33,575 nucleotides of DNA from Octopus bimaculoides (lineage: Eukaryota): assembly GCF_001194135.2 (NCBI RefSeq), contig NC_068982.1:135224068-135257642 (forward strand), given 5' to 3'. Positions 1 through 10,097 of this stretch are shown piece by piece. Within the stretch, counting starts at the first letter, position 1. Every line of letters starts with the position of its first letter. A program made the translations under genes and the position numbers. A model generated the notes under the pieces. The model was not told the DNA's origin. It ran no database searches and saw only the letters and a list, made by a program, of their open reading frames with translations.

Positions 1-273
1 ATATACAAATAATGAGAAAATGGAGGAAACCTCAGATTAGCAAACCCATTGATTGGACCACGTTTACAGCTTATTTTTTGATACAAATCATGACATAACA
101 AATAGGTGATGTAGCATGCTTTGTATTAGAAAATAATAAGCTATAAAGAAGGGGAAGAAGGACTGAATATAGTGGTTGGTTCACAACCTGAGGGATTGGA
201 CTTGACATGAATGATGGGCAAAAAATTAATGAGTGACTCAGGAATGTTTGGGAGGGTATGGCACAAACTCAGC

Positions 274-276
<3 letters not shown>

Positions 277-309
<33 letters not shown>

Positions 310-520
310 TTTGTGTTTATGTTTGTCCATACCGCCCACTACTTAGCTGATGTTGGTTCATTTAATTCCCCATAACCTGGCAGTTCAGCAAAAGAGAACA
401 ATAAAATATGTACCAGATTTAAAAAATGATTTAATACTGGGATTTAATACTGTTTGGCTAAAATCCTTACAAGGCAATGCTCCAGCATGGTCACAGTCCA
501 TTGGCCATTGTAGAAAGGCA
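277..520 (+). mobile_element. Degraded 3' half of SINE family B with (TG)n
   Basis: Matches the 3' half of the 19194-19630 copy (tgtgtttgtcc...ctccagcatgg). Confidence 0.7.
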
Positions 521-681
521 AAGGAAGGACATAGCTTGCTTATGAGTAAGAGACAGAAGTATTTGCTTAGTTGCTTTGTAGGATAATCTGTTCAGGTTTT
601 TGTAGAATAATATGGCTCATGGCATAATGAGGCAACATTTTCCAAGAATTGTAAAACAGAGTTCCATTTTATATTTTGCAG

Positions 682-752
682 ATACCAATTTTGTTTCAAG
701 TTAACTATATATAACCATTCACCAGGACCATGTAAATATATTGCTGGTGTTG
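682..752 (+). CDS. PON: Paraoxonase/arylesterase-like gene, first exon visible in the window (equivalent to PON exon 2); YQFCFKLTIYNHSPGPCKYIAGV
   Basis: ttttgcag acceptor at 679-681 and gtaagt donor at 753; 71 nt; PGPC motif carries the N-terminal disulfide Cys; splices in frame to the next exon. Confidence 0.88.
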
Positions 753-862
753 GTAAGTATTTTCTAAATATATTTTATGCAAAGGACAGACATTCTGAAT
801 ATGCTATTAACTTTATGAATGTATATTATTTATAGGTATAATCTTTGTTGTAGTTTCACATT

Positions 863-1382
863 GACAATAATGAGGTTCTTCGCTGCACCTCACTACTAAA
901 CGTTGAAGCCACCATTCTTTGCCATTGTCTCCGCTGGGCAGGTCACATCCAGTGTATGGAGCCCTCTTGTCTCCCGAGGGTCATGCTCTATGGAGAACTT
1001 CCAATTGGAACAAGATCCAGAGGAGGTCCGAAATTCCATTTTCAAGACCAGCTCAAACAGACCCTGGCTGAAATTAACACTTAGCCACCCCCATGAGAAC
1101 AGATTGCCATGGATAGAACAGCCTGGAAGACTGTTATCTGCAGTGGAGCCAGCTCCTTTGAGCAGATCAGACAACAGAATGAGGAGGTAAAGCGCAGGAG
1201 AAGAAAGGAACATCTTCAACTTCCTCGATCTGCACCGACCATACTGTGCGAATTCTGCCCCCGATTCTTTCACCATCGACTTTGTCTCCAAAGTCACATT
1301 CAGCACAGACATCTGCCAAGGAGACTGGACTGAAACTGATGAACCCAGTGCTCAGATATAAGCTGGAGCTGCCGATGATGAG
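863..1382 (+). mobile_element. RTE-clade LINE 3' remnant (ORF C-terminus with C2H2-like finger)
   Basis: One frame reads NEVL...LRWAGHIQCM...LPRVMLYGEL..G.RSRGGPK...DRTAW...CEFCPRFF...SHIQH with two stops; ends in gatgatga. Confidence 0.88.
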
Positions 1383-1745
1383 TTCCTCTTGTACAGTTGG
1401 CTTGTACATCAGGTAGCAAGATGTCTCTAATTAACCTGGTTTTGAGTCTAGTCATCTGTATCTCCTCAAGTGATGTTAAGTTGTCTTGGATCTTCTTCAA
1501 AGATGGTCGACTATGTCTTCTTGTGTTTCCCTCTTTTCTTTCATCTCTTTGATAGTGCCTATCATCTTGAGTAGTCATTCTTCTGGCAGTCAGAGAATAT
1601 GACCTGCCAGTCTCATTGTATTATCCATCACAGTCTCCTGCAGGCTGCACAGATTGACTCTTCTCAGGATTTATAAGAGTTTGTGATTCCATCTGTGGAA
1701 GGGATCTTGACTATTCTATGTAGACACCATTGGTGGAATGCTTTC
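1383..1745 (-). mobile_element. Second, different RTE-like LINE 3' remnant
   Basis: Minus strand reads MKAFHQWCLHRIVKIP..DGITN...MRLAGHIL*LPEE*, with frameshifts and stops. Confidence 0.75.
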
Positions 1746-1762
1746 ATATTGTATGTTTTATA

Positions 1763-1975
1763 AGATGGTGAGCTGGCAGAAACATTAGCATGCCAGGCGA
1801 AATGCTTAGTGGTATTTCATCTGTCTTATGTTCTGAGTTCAAATTCCGCCAAGGTTGACTTTGCCTTTCATACTTTCAGGGTCGATAAATTAAGTACCAG
1901 TTGCATACCGGGGTAGATCTAATCGACTGGCTCCCTCCCCCTAAATTTCGGCCCTTCTGCCTAGAGTAGAAAAGA
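1763..1975 (+). mobile_element. tRNA-derived SINE family A, full length, with 17-bp TSD
   Basis: agctggcagaa head and gagttcaaattcc B-box; identical atattgtatgttttata at 1746-1762 and 1976-1992. Confidence 0.92.
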
Positions 1976-2143
1976 ATATTGTATGTTTTATAGAAGCCCC
2001 TAAATACATACATGTAGATACAGCAGAAGGCCAAATCAAATCCAACCAAAAGACTTCCTCATCGCAGTACTCAAACCTATGTTACCATTATAGCAATCTT
2101 TCGATAAACATTACTTATTTATCATACTTGTTATTATTTTCAG

Positions 2144-2199
2144 AAAATGGCTCTGAAGATATGCATACTTTACCAAATGGCTTGACATTCATCACTTCT
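2144..2199 (+). CDS. PON: PON-like exon 3; (E)NGSEDMHTLPNGLTFITS
   Basis: tttcag acceptor and gtgagt donor; matches PON1 GSEDLEILPNGLAFISS, with Ca ligands E53/D54. Confidence 0.95.
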
Positions 2200-2561
2200 G
2201 TGAGTAGAATCTTTTTGCTTTGTTTTTCTCTTATTTCCTCAATGATTGACAGTAAAAGCAAGATACTCTTGTGGAAATGGTATGGGCTTATTGACTCATT
2301 GGTCTGGGGTTGAAATACATTTCAGGCATTTCATTGTTTATTTGCACACTGACAAAATAAAGTCAGTTCATTTATTTGAGGCCCTAACAAAGCTCAGGGT
2401 TCTGTCTTTCTTCTCCTGACTAAGTCATTAGACAAAAAAAAAAAAAAACCTTGGAGTCAGTGGCAACTAATGATTGTCTGTGTTGATGGACACCAATTAA
2501 TCAAATTGTTGTTGATTTGATTAATTTAACCCTAGTATTTTATGGACAGCATGTACAGTAT

Positions 2562-2995
2562 TGTTGGCACTCCGTTGCTTACGACGACGAGGGTTCCAGT
2601 TGATCCGATCAACGGAACAGCCTGCTCATGAAATAAACATACAAGTGGCTGAGCNNNNNNNNNNAACAGCCTGCTCATGAAATAAACATACAAGTGGCTG
2701 AGCACTCCACAGACACGTGTACCCTTAATGTAGTTCTCGGGGATATTCAGCGTGACAAAGAGTGTGACCATGCTGACTCTTTGAAATACAGGTATAACAG
2801 AAACAGGAAGAAAGAGTGAGAGAAAGTTGTGGTGGAAGAGTACACCAGGGTTCGCCACCATCCCCTGCTGGAGCCTCGTGGAGCTTTAGGTGTTTTCGCT
2901 CAATAAACACTCACAACACCTGGTCTGGGAATCGAAACCGCGATCCTATGACTGCGAGTCTGCTGCCCTAACCACTGAGCCATTGCGCCTCCACG
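2562..2995 (-). mobile_element. tRNA-derived SINE family D, full length, with 11-bp TSD
   Basis: Minus-strand A box (tggctcagtgg) and B box (ggtttcgattcc); atgtacagtat at 2551-2561 and 2996-3006; contains a 10-N gap. Confidence 0.88.
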
Positions 2996-3002
2996 ATGTA
3001 CA

Positions 3003-3130
3003 GTATGGCTAAATAGTTAAGAAGTTTGCTTCACAATCATGATTTAAGTTCAGCTCTGCTGTGGGGTGTCTTGGGAAACTGTCCTTTACTTTAGACCTGA
3101 ACCAATCAATGTCTCATATAAGTGGAACTG
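3003..3130 (+). mobile_element. Degraded SINE family B head
   Basis: Similar to the ggctgtgtggtaag...cttgggcaagtgtc...gaaactg head at 15895 and 33349. Confidence 0.6.
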
Positions 3131-3573
3131 ATAAATGGAAACTGTATGGAAGCCTGCCATATGTGTGTGTCTGCCACTCTCTTTCCACCCTTTTTAGAAT
3201 TTACTCACCTACCCACTCACCCAATCCAATCCTCTGTATCATTTCTCTTATATTCCCTTCTTTGTAATTTGTGGGTTTGCCCTGATTCTGGGCTAACCGT
3301 GTATCTTACTTACACCAAGACACCTTTTTTTGTCCCTCTATCCTACATTAACCTCAGATCACTTGGCATAAAGCCACCTGCCTCAACACTATACTCTTCC
3401 TCTTAGTTGGTCTAAAGAAAACAGTGATATGATGTATCCATCCGTTTGACATACTAGCATGGAAAAACAGACATTATACAAACAAAATTTCCTCCTTTAA
3501 ACTTCCAGTTAAAAATCAAACAAACAAAACAATTAATCAAACAAAATGTATTTTATATTTCAACATTTTCCAG

Positions 3574-3745
3574 GGTTTTCTTGTTGATTACCTCGTCCAG
3601 GGTAAGAACACTAATAGTATGGGACGTGTCCTTCTCTATGATATGTCTAAAGACAGTAACCAAGAAATCATTGAATTAGAACTCGAGAATTTTCATCCTC
3701 AGAGATTTGTTCCTCATGGTATCAGTGCTTGGCAAGATGATAATG
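3574..3745 (+). CDS. PON: PON-like exon 4; GFLVDYLVQGKNTNSMGRVLLYDMSKDSNQEIIELELENFHPQRFVPHGISAWQDDN(G)
   Basis: ttttccag acceptor and gtaagt donor at 3746; PHGIS motif (H115). A second in-frame AG at 3599-3600 makes the 5' boundary slightly uncertain. Confidence 0.92.
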
Positions 3746-3887
3746 GTAAGTTGTATTTGAAGTTTTGAGCAATCTTTTATTTTGACTCTGGTTTCAGCCA
3801 TTGGACTGCAACCCATGTTGGACTGTCACCTTCAAGTGCTTTTGGTCCATCATAACCAGTGGCAGCTCATATATAGGCACTGAGGTA

Positions 3888-4070
3888 TATATTAATTATA
3901 TTTCGGCCAGAGTTATTTCGTCACACTTCTGTGACCTCATGAACAGGAATACAAAATGACAGATCGTTAGTAAGGAGAGACACACAAAAAACGAAAGAGG
4001 AAAGCAAAGGATCACTGATGAGGTCACAGAAGTGTGACGAAAGAACTCTGGCCAAAATACAATTAATATA
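3888..4070. repeat. Fold-back inverted repeat, 53-bp arms (3888-3940 / 4018-4070)
   Basis: Arms are reverse complements with 3 mismatches and no indel; 77-nt spacer; lies in PON intron 4. Confidence 0.95.
4009..4053 (+). ncRNA. Hammerhead ribozyme-like motif (type I, minimal)
   Basis: CTGATGA 4015-4021; stem II GTCACA-GAAG-TGTGAC; GAAA 4039-4042; weak stem III AG-aa-CT; CUC triplet; stem I GG(A)TCA/TGGCC. One extra G precedes stem II. Confidence 0.55.
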
Positions 4071-4335
4071 AAATAAAACTGAAGCAAGTGAACACCAAAT
4101 ATATAGTGCATATGTTTTTATTGGCTAAGCTGGCAACATGACCATCCCCAAATACAACAATAACTATTTATAAGTGTTTCACTTTCTCATAGTTTTATAT
4201 CTCTGTCTTCTGTTCTTTCCAGACATGTCCTCTCGGCCTGTGTAATATTGTAATTATATTATTTCCATATGTGTATATATTACATCATTCTGTTGATCTT
4301 AATTTATTTTTGAATCTATTGATATCTTTATAAAG

Positions 4336-4459
4336 GGAAAGTCACTGTTTTTGTGGTAAATCATTTGGTGAAAGGAGACCAAATCGAGTCCTTTGAATAT
4401 CTTCCAGAGAAAAAAGCACTTCGACACGTAACTTCATTTAAAGATGGCAGCATGAGAAA
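4336..4459 (+). CDS. PON: PON-like exon 5; KVTVFVVNHLVKGDQIESFEYLPEKKALRHVTSFKDGSMR(N)
   Basis: taaag acceptor and gttagc donor; VVNH motif (H134); phase 1 in and phase 2 out fit both neighbours. Confidence 0.93.
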
Positions 4460-4599
4460 GTTAGCTTTTTTTTCTTATATTTTCCTTCTACTTTTTTTTT
4501 TTTTTTAAAGAAGAGATCTATTTTGTGCTTATTTATTTTTTTAACTTTTTTTATTGGCATATTTTAGCTTTTGTAAGATTTAACTGAAAGCATCATCAC

Positions 4600-4837
4600 A
4601 TGTGGCTGTGTGGTAAGAAGCTTGCTTCCGAACCACATGGCTCTGGGTTCAGTAGTACCTGTATTTCAAAGGGCCAGCTTTGTCACACTCTGTGTCATGC
4701 TGAATCTCCCAGAGAACTACTTTAAGGGTACATGTGTCTGTGGAGTGCTCAGCCACTTGCATGTTAATTTTACAAGCAAGCTATTCCATTGATTGCATCA
4801 GCTGGGACCTTCGTCGCCATAACCGATGGAGTGCTCT
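4600..4837 (+). mobile_element. Chimeric SINE: family B head joined to the family D 3' module
   Basis: 4600-4653 matches the B head up to its B box; 4654-4837 matches the reverse complement of the D 3' part at about 2570-2800. Confidence 0.8.
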
Positions 4838-5032
4838 CATATTTGACAGAGCAATCTGAATAGTAAAGAGTTAATGCATTAAACACTTTTTTCCCCAAAA
4901 TACGCACTGCTGTAATTGTGGTGCATCTAAGATGTCAGTGCATCTTTTATGCCATCAAATATTGCATTTAAAGAAAATCAAAAATCAAAAACTGGTTTTT
5001 CTTTCTTATGTATTATTGTTTCTTATTTGCAG

Positions 5033-5233
5033 TGTAAATGATGTGGTGGCTACCAGCAACAAAACCTTCTATTTCACCAACTGGTCACACTACAGGAATT
5101 TTATTGGCAGACTCCTCGAGATGTTCTTGCTTTTGCCATGGACCCATGTATACTACCATGATGGCGAGGTTTACCGATTGGTTGCTGAGGATTTAGTTAT
5201 GGCTAATGGCATAGCGATGTCAAATGATGAAAA
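5033..5233 (+). CDS. PON: PON-like exon 6; VNDVVATSNKTFYFTNWSHYRNFIGRLLEMFLLLPWTHVYYHDGEVYRLVAEDLVMANGIAMSNDE(K)
   Basis: tttgcag acceptor and gtaagt donor; ND (N168/D169) and ANGI (N224) are 56 residues apart, as in PON1. Confidence 0.95.
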
Positions 5234-5392
5234 GTAAGTTCTTGCTTTGAAACTATCAAGTGTTTTGATTCTTCACTGATAAGGTTTGTGTTCTGTTAGT
5301 AATTACAAAAGTTGTTATTGAATATCAGGCTGGTTGTATTTCTATGATCATTCATAGAATATGTGAACTCTGATCGAAATGTATTGGGTCTA

Positions 5393-5700
5393 GTGCTACA
5401 AAAAAGAAACTACACCGCATACCAATTTGGCATTTAATCTCTTTTGAAGTAGTTCCTTTCTGAACTTATTGATCTTATTGATGGAAGTGATCTTATTGAT
5501 GGAAGTATTCTTGGAACTCCTCTTTTGGGATAGTGAATAGCTGCCTTGAAATCTTGTTCCTTTCAACTGGGATCTGATTTTTGCCCTGGTTTCAGGGTCA
5601 TAGCCATAGATCCACAATTCTTCATCCGTTATGACCATTTTCAAAAAGTTTTCATCTTCATTGACACAATCATGGAGATCCTGATCTTTCTGAGACAACC
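5393..5700 (-). mobile_element. Internally deleted mariner (DD34D-type) transposase remnant
   Basis: DENFLKMVITDEELWIYGYDPET (cf. FLxRxITGDETWxYxYDPET) joined to a C-terminal IPKEEFQE segment; 18-bp tandem duplication at 5471-5506. Confidence 0.8.
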
Positions 5701-5846
5701 TCACTCTACACACTTTAAGTCCAAGCATGTATGTGTATATGTATATATATGTGTGTATGTCTATATATGTATGTGTATATGTATATATGTATATATATGT
5801 GTGTGCATATGTATGTATGTAAATGTGTATATATGTGTGTGTGTGT

Positions 5847-6160
5847 GAAGGCATGTGACTTAGTGGCTGGGATATATGGCTCACAATCATAAGGTCATGT
5901 GTTCAATTCCTGGTAGCGTGTTGTGTTCTTGAGCAAGACACTTTATTTGTTATTACTCCAGTTTACTCAGGTGGAAAAAATTGAGTTGTACCTGTAGTGC
6001 AAAGGGCCATCTTTGATGTACTCTGTTTCACACTGAATCTCCCTATGAACTATGTCACGGGCATGTATGTTTGTGGAGAACTCAGCCACTTGCACATTAA
6101 TTTCACGTGCAGGCTATTTGTTTGACCATATCAACTGGAATACTTGTCGTTGTTAGTGAC
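5847..6160 (+). mobile_element. SINE with an E-type tRNA head and the family D 3' module
   Basis: Head matches the reverse complement of 29560-29691 (ttcttgagcaagacacttt); tail matches the D module. Confidence 0.72.
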
Positions 6161-6215
6161 AAATGTCAGGCACATATATATGTATGTGTATATGAGTGTG
6201 TATGATATATATATA

Positions 6216-6490
6216 CAAGGTGATTCAAAAGTCTCCATACATTGGAAAAAGTTTTTTTATAAGAAACAGTTTATAAGATCCCTTAGATCCCCTGATCTGA
6301 CCCCTCTTGATTTCTATCTTTGGGGACATTTGAAAGGCATGGTATATTGCAGAAAAATAAATGACATAAATGATTTGAAGGAATGCATCACCAACTCATT
6401 TGCATACATATTACCAGATGTGCTATTACGAGTTCACAATGAGTGGAGTAAACGTATTGCAATGTGTATTCAAAACAATGGTAACCATTC
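6216..6490 (+). mobile_element. Tc1/mariner-superfamily fragment: left terminus fused to a transposase C-terminus
   Basis: TA followed by CAAGGTGATTCAAAAGT; then RSPDLTPLDFYLWGHLKGMVY...RIAMCIQNNGNH. Confidence 0.85.
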
Positions 6491-7330
6491 GATATTCTTT
6501 ATACAAGATGAGAAAGGGCCAATTTTTATCCCAAGCCATCAAGGACAAGAGGGAAGACCGTGCTAAGAAGCTTTTGTACAAATTCAAGCATCCCCTCCAA
6601 CTGAACATGCTTTGGTTTTTCTCGGACAAAAAAAATATCTGCTAGGATCAGATGGTGGGTGAATACACAGAACAACCGTTGGCTTGCCATGTGCCCAAAA
6701 TATGTACTGAGAGTGATAAAAATCAAACATCCAGTCAACATCAAGGTGTTTGGCATGATCACTTGTGATGGTGATATTATGCCTCCATTCATTTCCCCAC
6801 ACAGCCTCAGACTCAACATGGAGGCCTACATCAAGTGCCTGGAGGAGGTAGTGCTGCCCTGGGTCAAGAGGGTGGCTGCTGGAAGACCCTGTATCTGGCA
6901 ACAGGTCTCTACACCATCCCACACTAGCAGGAGAACCCAGTCATGGCTGTCAAACAATTTCTGTGACCACATCACCCCTAACGTCTGGCCACCTCACTCC
7001 CCAGACTGCAACCCTCTTGATTATTATGTGTGGGGTGCAGTTGAATGAGAGACCAACAAAACTCATTGTTATACCAAAGATGAACTGAAGGCAAGGATTA
7101 TGGCAACATTCACCAACTTAAATAAGGAGACAGTCCAGAAGAGTTGCAGGAGATTCCGAAGTCGTCTGGAGGCTGTGGTTGAAGCCAATGGCGATTTTAT
7201 TGAATAAATTTATTCTTTAGTATTTCAAGATACTTTTATGTAATTTTGGTAAATATATCTGTTAAAATGAAATGTCAGTGTTATTTTCATTTTTGTGTAA
7301 TTTAGACGACAATTTATTCACCGCACCCTG
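6491..7330 (+). mobile_element. maT / DD37D transposon, 5'-truncated pseudogenised copy with right terminus
   Basis: FFSDKK, WQQ(V)S and WPPHSPDCNPLD motifs; 37 residues between the second and third catalytic positions; second D mutated to V; ends ...CACCCTG followed by TA at 7331. Confidence 0.92.
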
Positions 7331-7517
7331 TATATGATATGTAAACACACCCATGCTAGCATGGAAGGCAGATGTTAAACAATGATGATGATGGTGATGA
7401 TGTACTGTAATTTGAATGCATAAAGAAATTGCTGATGATACCAGTTCTATAAATAATTGTTTGTAAAGATATTGCTTGATAACAACGTTTAATATAACCT
7501 TGTTATCTCTATTAAAG

Positions 7518-7599
7518 GTTTATCTATGTTGCCTGTACAATGACAAAAGATATCAAAGTGTTTAAACGAGACACAGACAATCGGCTTGTATTTCACCAG
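7518..7599 (+). CDS. PON: PON-like exon 7; FIYVACTMTKDIKVFKRDTDNRLVFHQ
   Basis: attaaag acceptor and gttagt donor; aligns to PON1 YVYIAELLAHKIHVYEK; phases 2/0 fit. Confidence 0.9.
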
Positions 7600-8655
7600 G
7601 TTAGTACTTGTTATCAATAATTTGCTTTACATCTGTTTAGGGCAGCTTTCTTTCCCCAACCTCTTAAAAATTATGCATATCTAAATGTCTGATGCATGTG
7701 GACTTTCACATGGCAATTTCTGTTGTGTCTAGCTCCAGGTTACTCCTGATCCAGTAAGATCTATGATCAAAAGAGTTCATGCCATCTCGTGGACCATATT
7801 GTCTAATATGTACTTCTTTTTTCGTAAGAGAGTATTTCTAGCAGTTTGAGAGACTGCACAGATGTTCTCCATTATTTGTATCTACCATTTTTTTCATATG
7901 CAGTAATCTGTCTATGACTGATGCAGTTCTCAGAATATCTTGTGTTAAGCCTAAGAAAAGTATACTCTTAATTTAAAATTAAAAAATTTATGTTAATTAA
8001 AGATGAATATCTACCTTGCTGCCCCCCGCCCTTGAGGTCGCAGATATTTTGATGTAACTTTTTTTCTACTGAACCAAATCTCAAACTCTTTATGCCAAAG
8101 TGTAACTGAAGGGCTGTCCTCTTTAAAACTATTAACAGTTTGCAATTTAGTTGAGAACTGAATTAGTAGTGAATCTTGGAAGCTGCTGCAATTGACGAAA
8201 TGGTGGACTTAAGAATATATTCAACCACAACCGGGTTGAATGATAGATCACCCATGTAAATTATCAGTTCTTGAATAACGGTGCTTCTTCTTGTCCCATA
8301 ATGAGAACTAAGTCGAATACTCTGAATTAATAAAACTTATTGGGGTGATTCTGTTACCTCTGCTAGTGTCTGCTTTTTCTTTTGAAAGCTAAATGTATTA
8401 GCCACATCATAGAGGTTCTACCTATGGAAGGGTGAGAAGTTGGCACAACGATAGACCTGACCAATTGCATTACACTGTTTAATTGCATAACTCTACATTC
8501 TGATTTCAGTTCTTGTAACTTACCTGGCCCTTTTTCTTCTAAGGGTGTTGTTGGTCAATAAAATAAGCATGTTGGGTTTATTTAATCCTCAATTCCTCTC
8601 AAATATTGGGTTTGCCTGTATGTAAAGTATTTATTTTAATATTGTTTTGCTTCAG

Positions 8656-8787
8656 GAATTTATGCTGGACTCAATTGTTGATAACCTCTCTGTTGATCCT
8701 GAGGGTAATATATGGGCCGGGTGTCATCCTAGATTTTTGAGCGTTGTGAGTTACATGGACAACTATACTCTTGGTTCACCTTCTCAG
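8656..8787 (+). CDS. PON: PON-like exon 8; EFMLDSIVDNLSVDPEGNIWAGCHPRFLSVVSYMDNYTLGSPSQ
   Basis: ttcag acceptor and gtaaga donor; VDNxSVDP (D269/N270) and WxGCHP (C284/H285) motifs. Confidence 0.96.
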
Positions 8788-10097
8788 GTAAGACATAAAA
8801 TAAAGGATAAACATTTTGCTAACACCTGTAATAATTAGACAACTTTGGGTACAAATCTAAAAAACGTACGTATGTCTTAAAAATGTTATATGAATATGTT
8901 GGGGGTTGGCCAATGAACCTGTTCTAAATTTTAGTTTCTTGGTGTTTAAGAAACAAGAAATAAAATTGTCTTTAGGATGGGATGCCAGTCTGTCACAGGC
9001 CTCAAAATATCTGACTCCTCCTCCTCCTCCTGGGGTTACGTTACTTGCAACCAAAGGATGGACAATAATATTTAATCTGTCCCCTGTTTAAAGATGGTGG
9101 GAATATTCCAGAGAGTGTCTAGAATTGTGAACGTCTAGAATTGAAAAAATAATCTGTAAAACAAAGTAATTACCATAAAGGGAAGTAACTTAGTAAAATA
9201 TCGGAATAACAGCGCACTTTATATAACATGAAGACGTTCTGTTATTTGACGAATAACACTGGAAAAGAAATATGGGAGCTGTGTCAAAATTAAAAAAATG
9301 GTAGAAATAAACTCCACTCCTCAATAAACTTATTCATTATTCTTCATACAAATCTGACATTGCAAGCCTTTATTTCACTTCAACGAAATGGAAGCGTAAA
9401 CTTTTCTGTTTCAGAGTAAGTGAAAAATGTAAGGGAGGGAACTTCGTGTTAAGTTATGTCCTTAGAAGCGAAGTGGTATCGTTTGAAAATTTCTAATTAT
9501 TTACATACGTAAATGCATAAATTCATTTATTTGTACGTATAGGAATACAAGCAAGCATACGTGCGTTTGTCCATACAGACATCCATACATCTATCTATAC
9601 ATCTATGTATACATACTAATTCACCTATCTACACATTTATGCATACATCTACATATACACACTTTGATGGATGGAAACATGAGACGTGTACTTCTGTCTA
9701 TACTTGCATACAAACATGGATATATGCAGAAGTCTATCTAGCAATACCTGTATGCTTAAATAAATCTTTGCACGCATGTACATATGTGCAGATACATTTA
9801 TTTATAAATATGCACAAGTTTCACGTGTATACAACTGTTTTTCTATGTCTGCATACATGCATCTACAATATCATTCAAGCCTCTATCTCTACACACATAC
9901 ATGTATATATTTATATATCTATATATACTTAAAGGCTTCTGTCTGTCCATATATGCATACATTTGCCTAAGAATGCATACATGCTTAAATTTATCTATGT
10001 TTGGTCATCTATACATGCATACATCTATCTATCTGTACAAAGCTTTCCTTCAAAATTTCATCTTAATTTATATTTCAAGCATTCTCTTTGATATTAA

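Noticed and set aside
1-681. Search for PON exon 1 (ATG, hydrophobic stretch, phase-2 donor)
   Set aside because: No convincing candidate; ORF 350-586 lies in a SINE remnant.
1336-1360. CTGATGA suggesting a hammerhead
   Set aside because: Followed by GATA rather than GAAA, with no coherent stems.
2616-2703. Exact 39-bp direct repeat on either side of a 10-N gap
   Set aside because: Typical scaffolding overlap artefact; removing one copy restores a continuous SINE D.
4932-5032. 5' extension of ORF 4932-5237
   Set aside because: Intronic pyrimidine tract read in frame; homology begins at the 5033 acceptor.
8100-8330. Minus-strand TVNSFK word resembling a CR1/L2 ORF end
   Set aside because: A single short motif; the surrounding frames give no further support.
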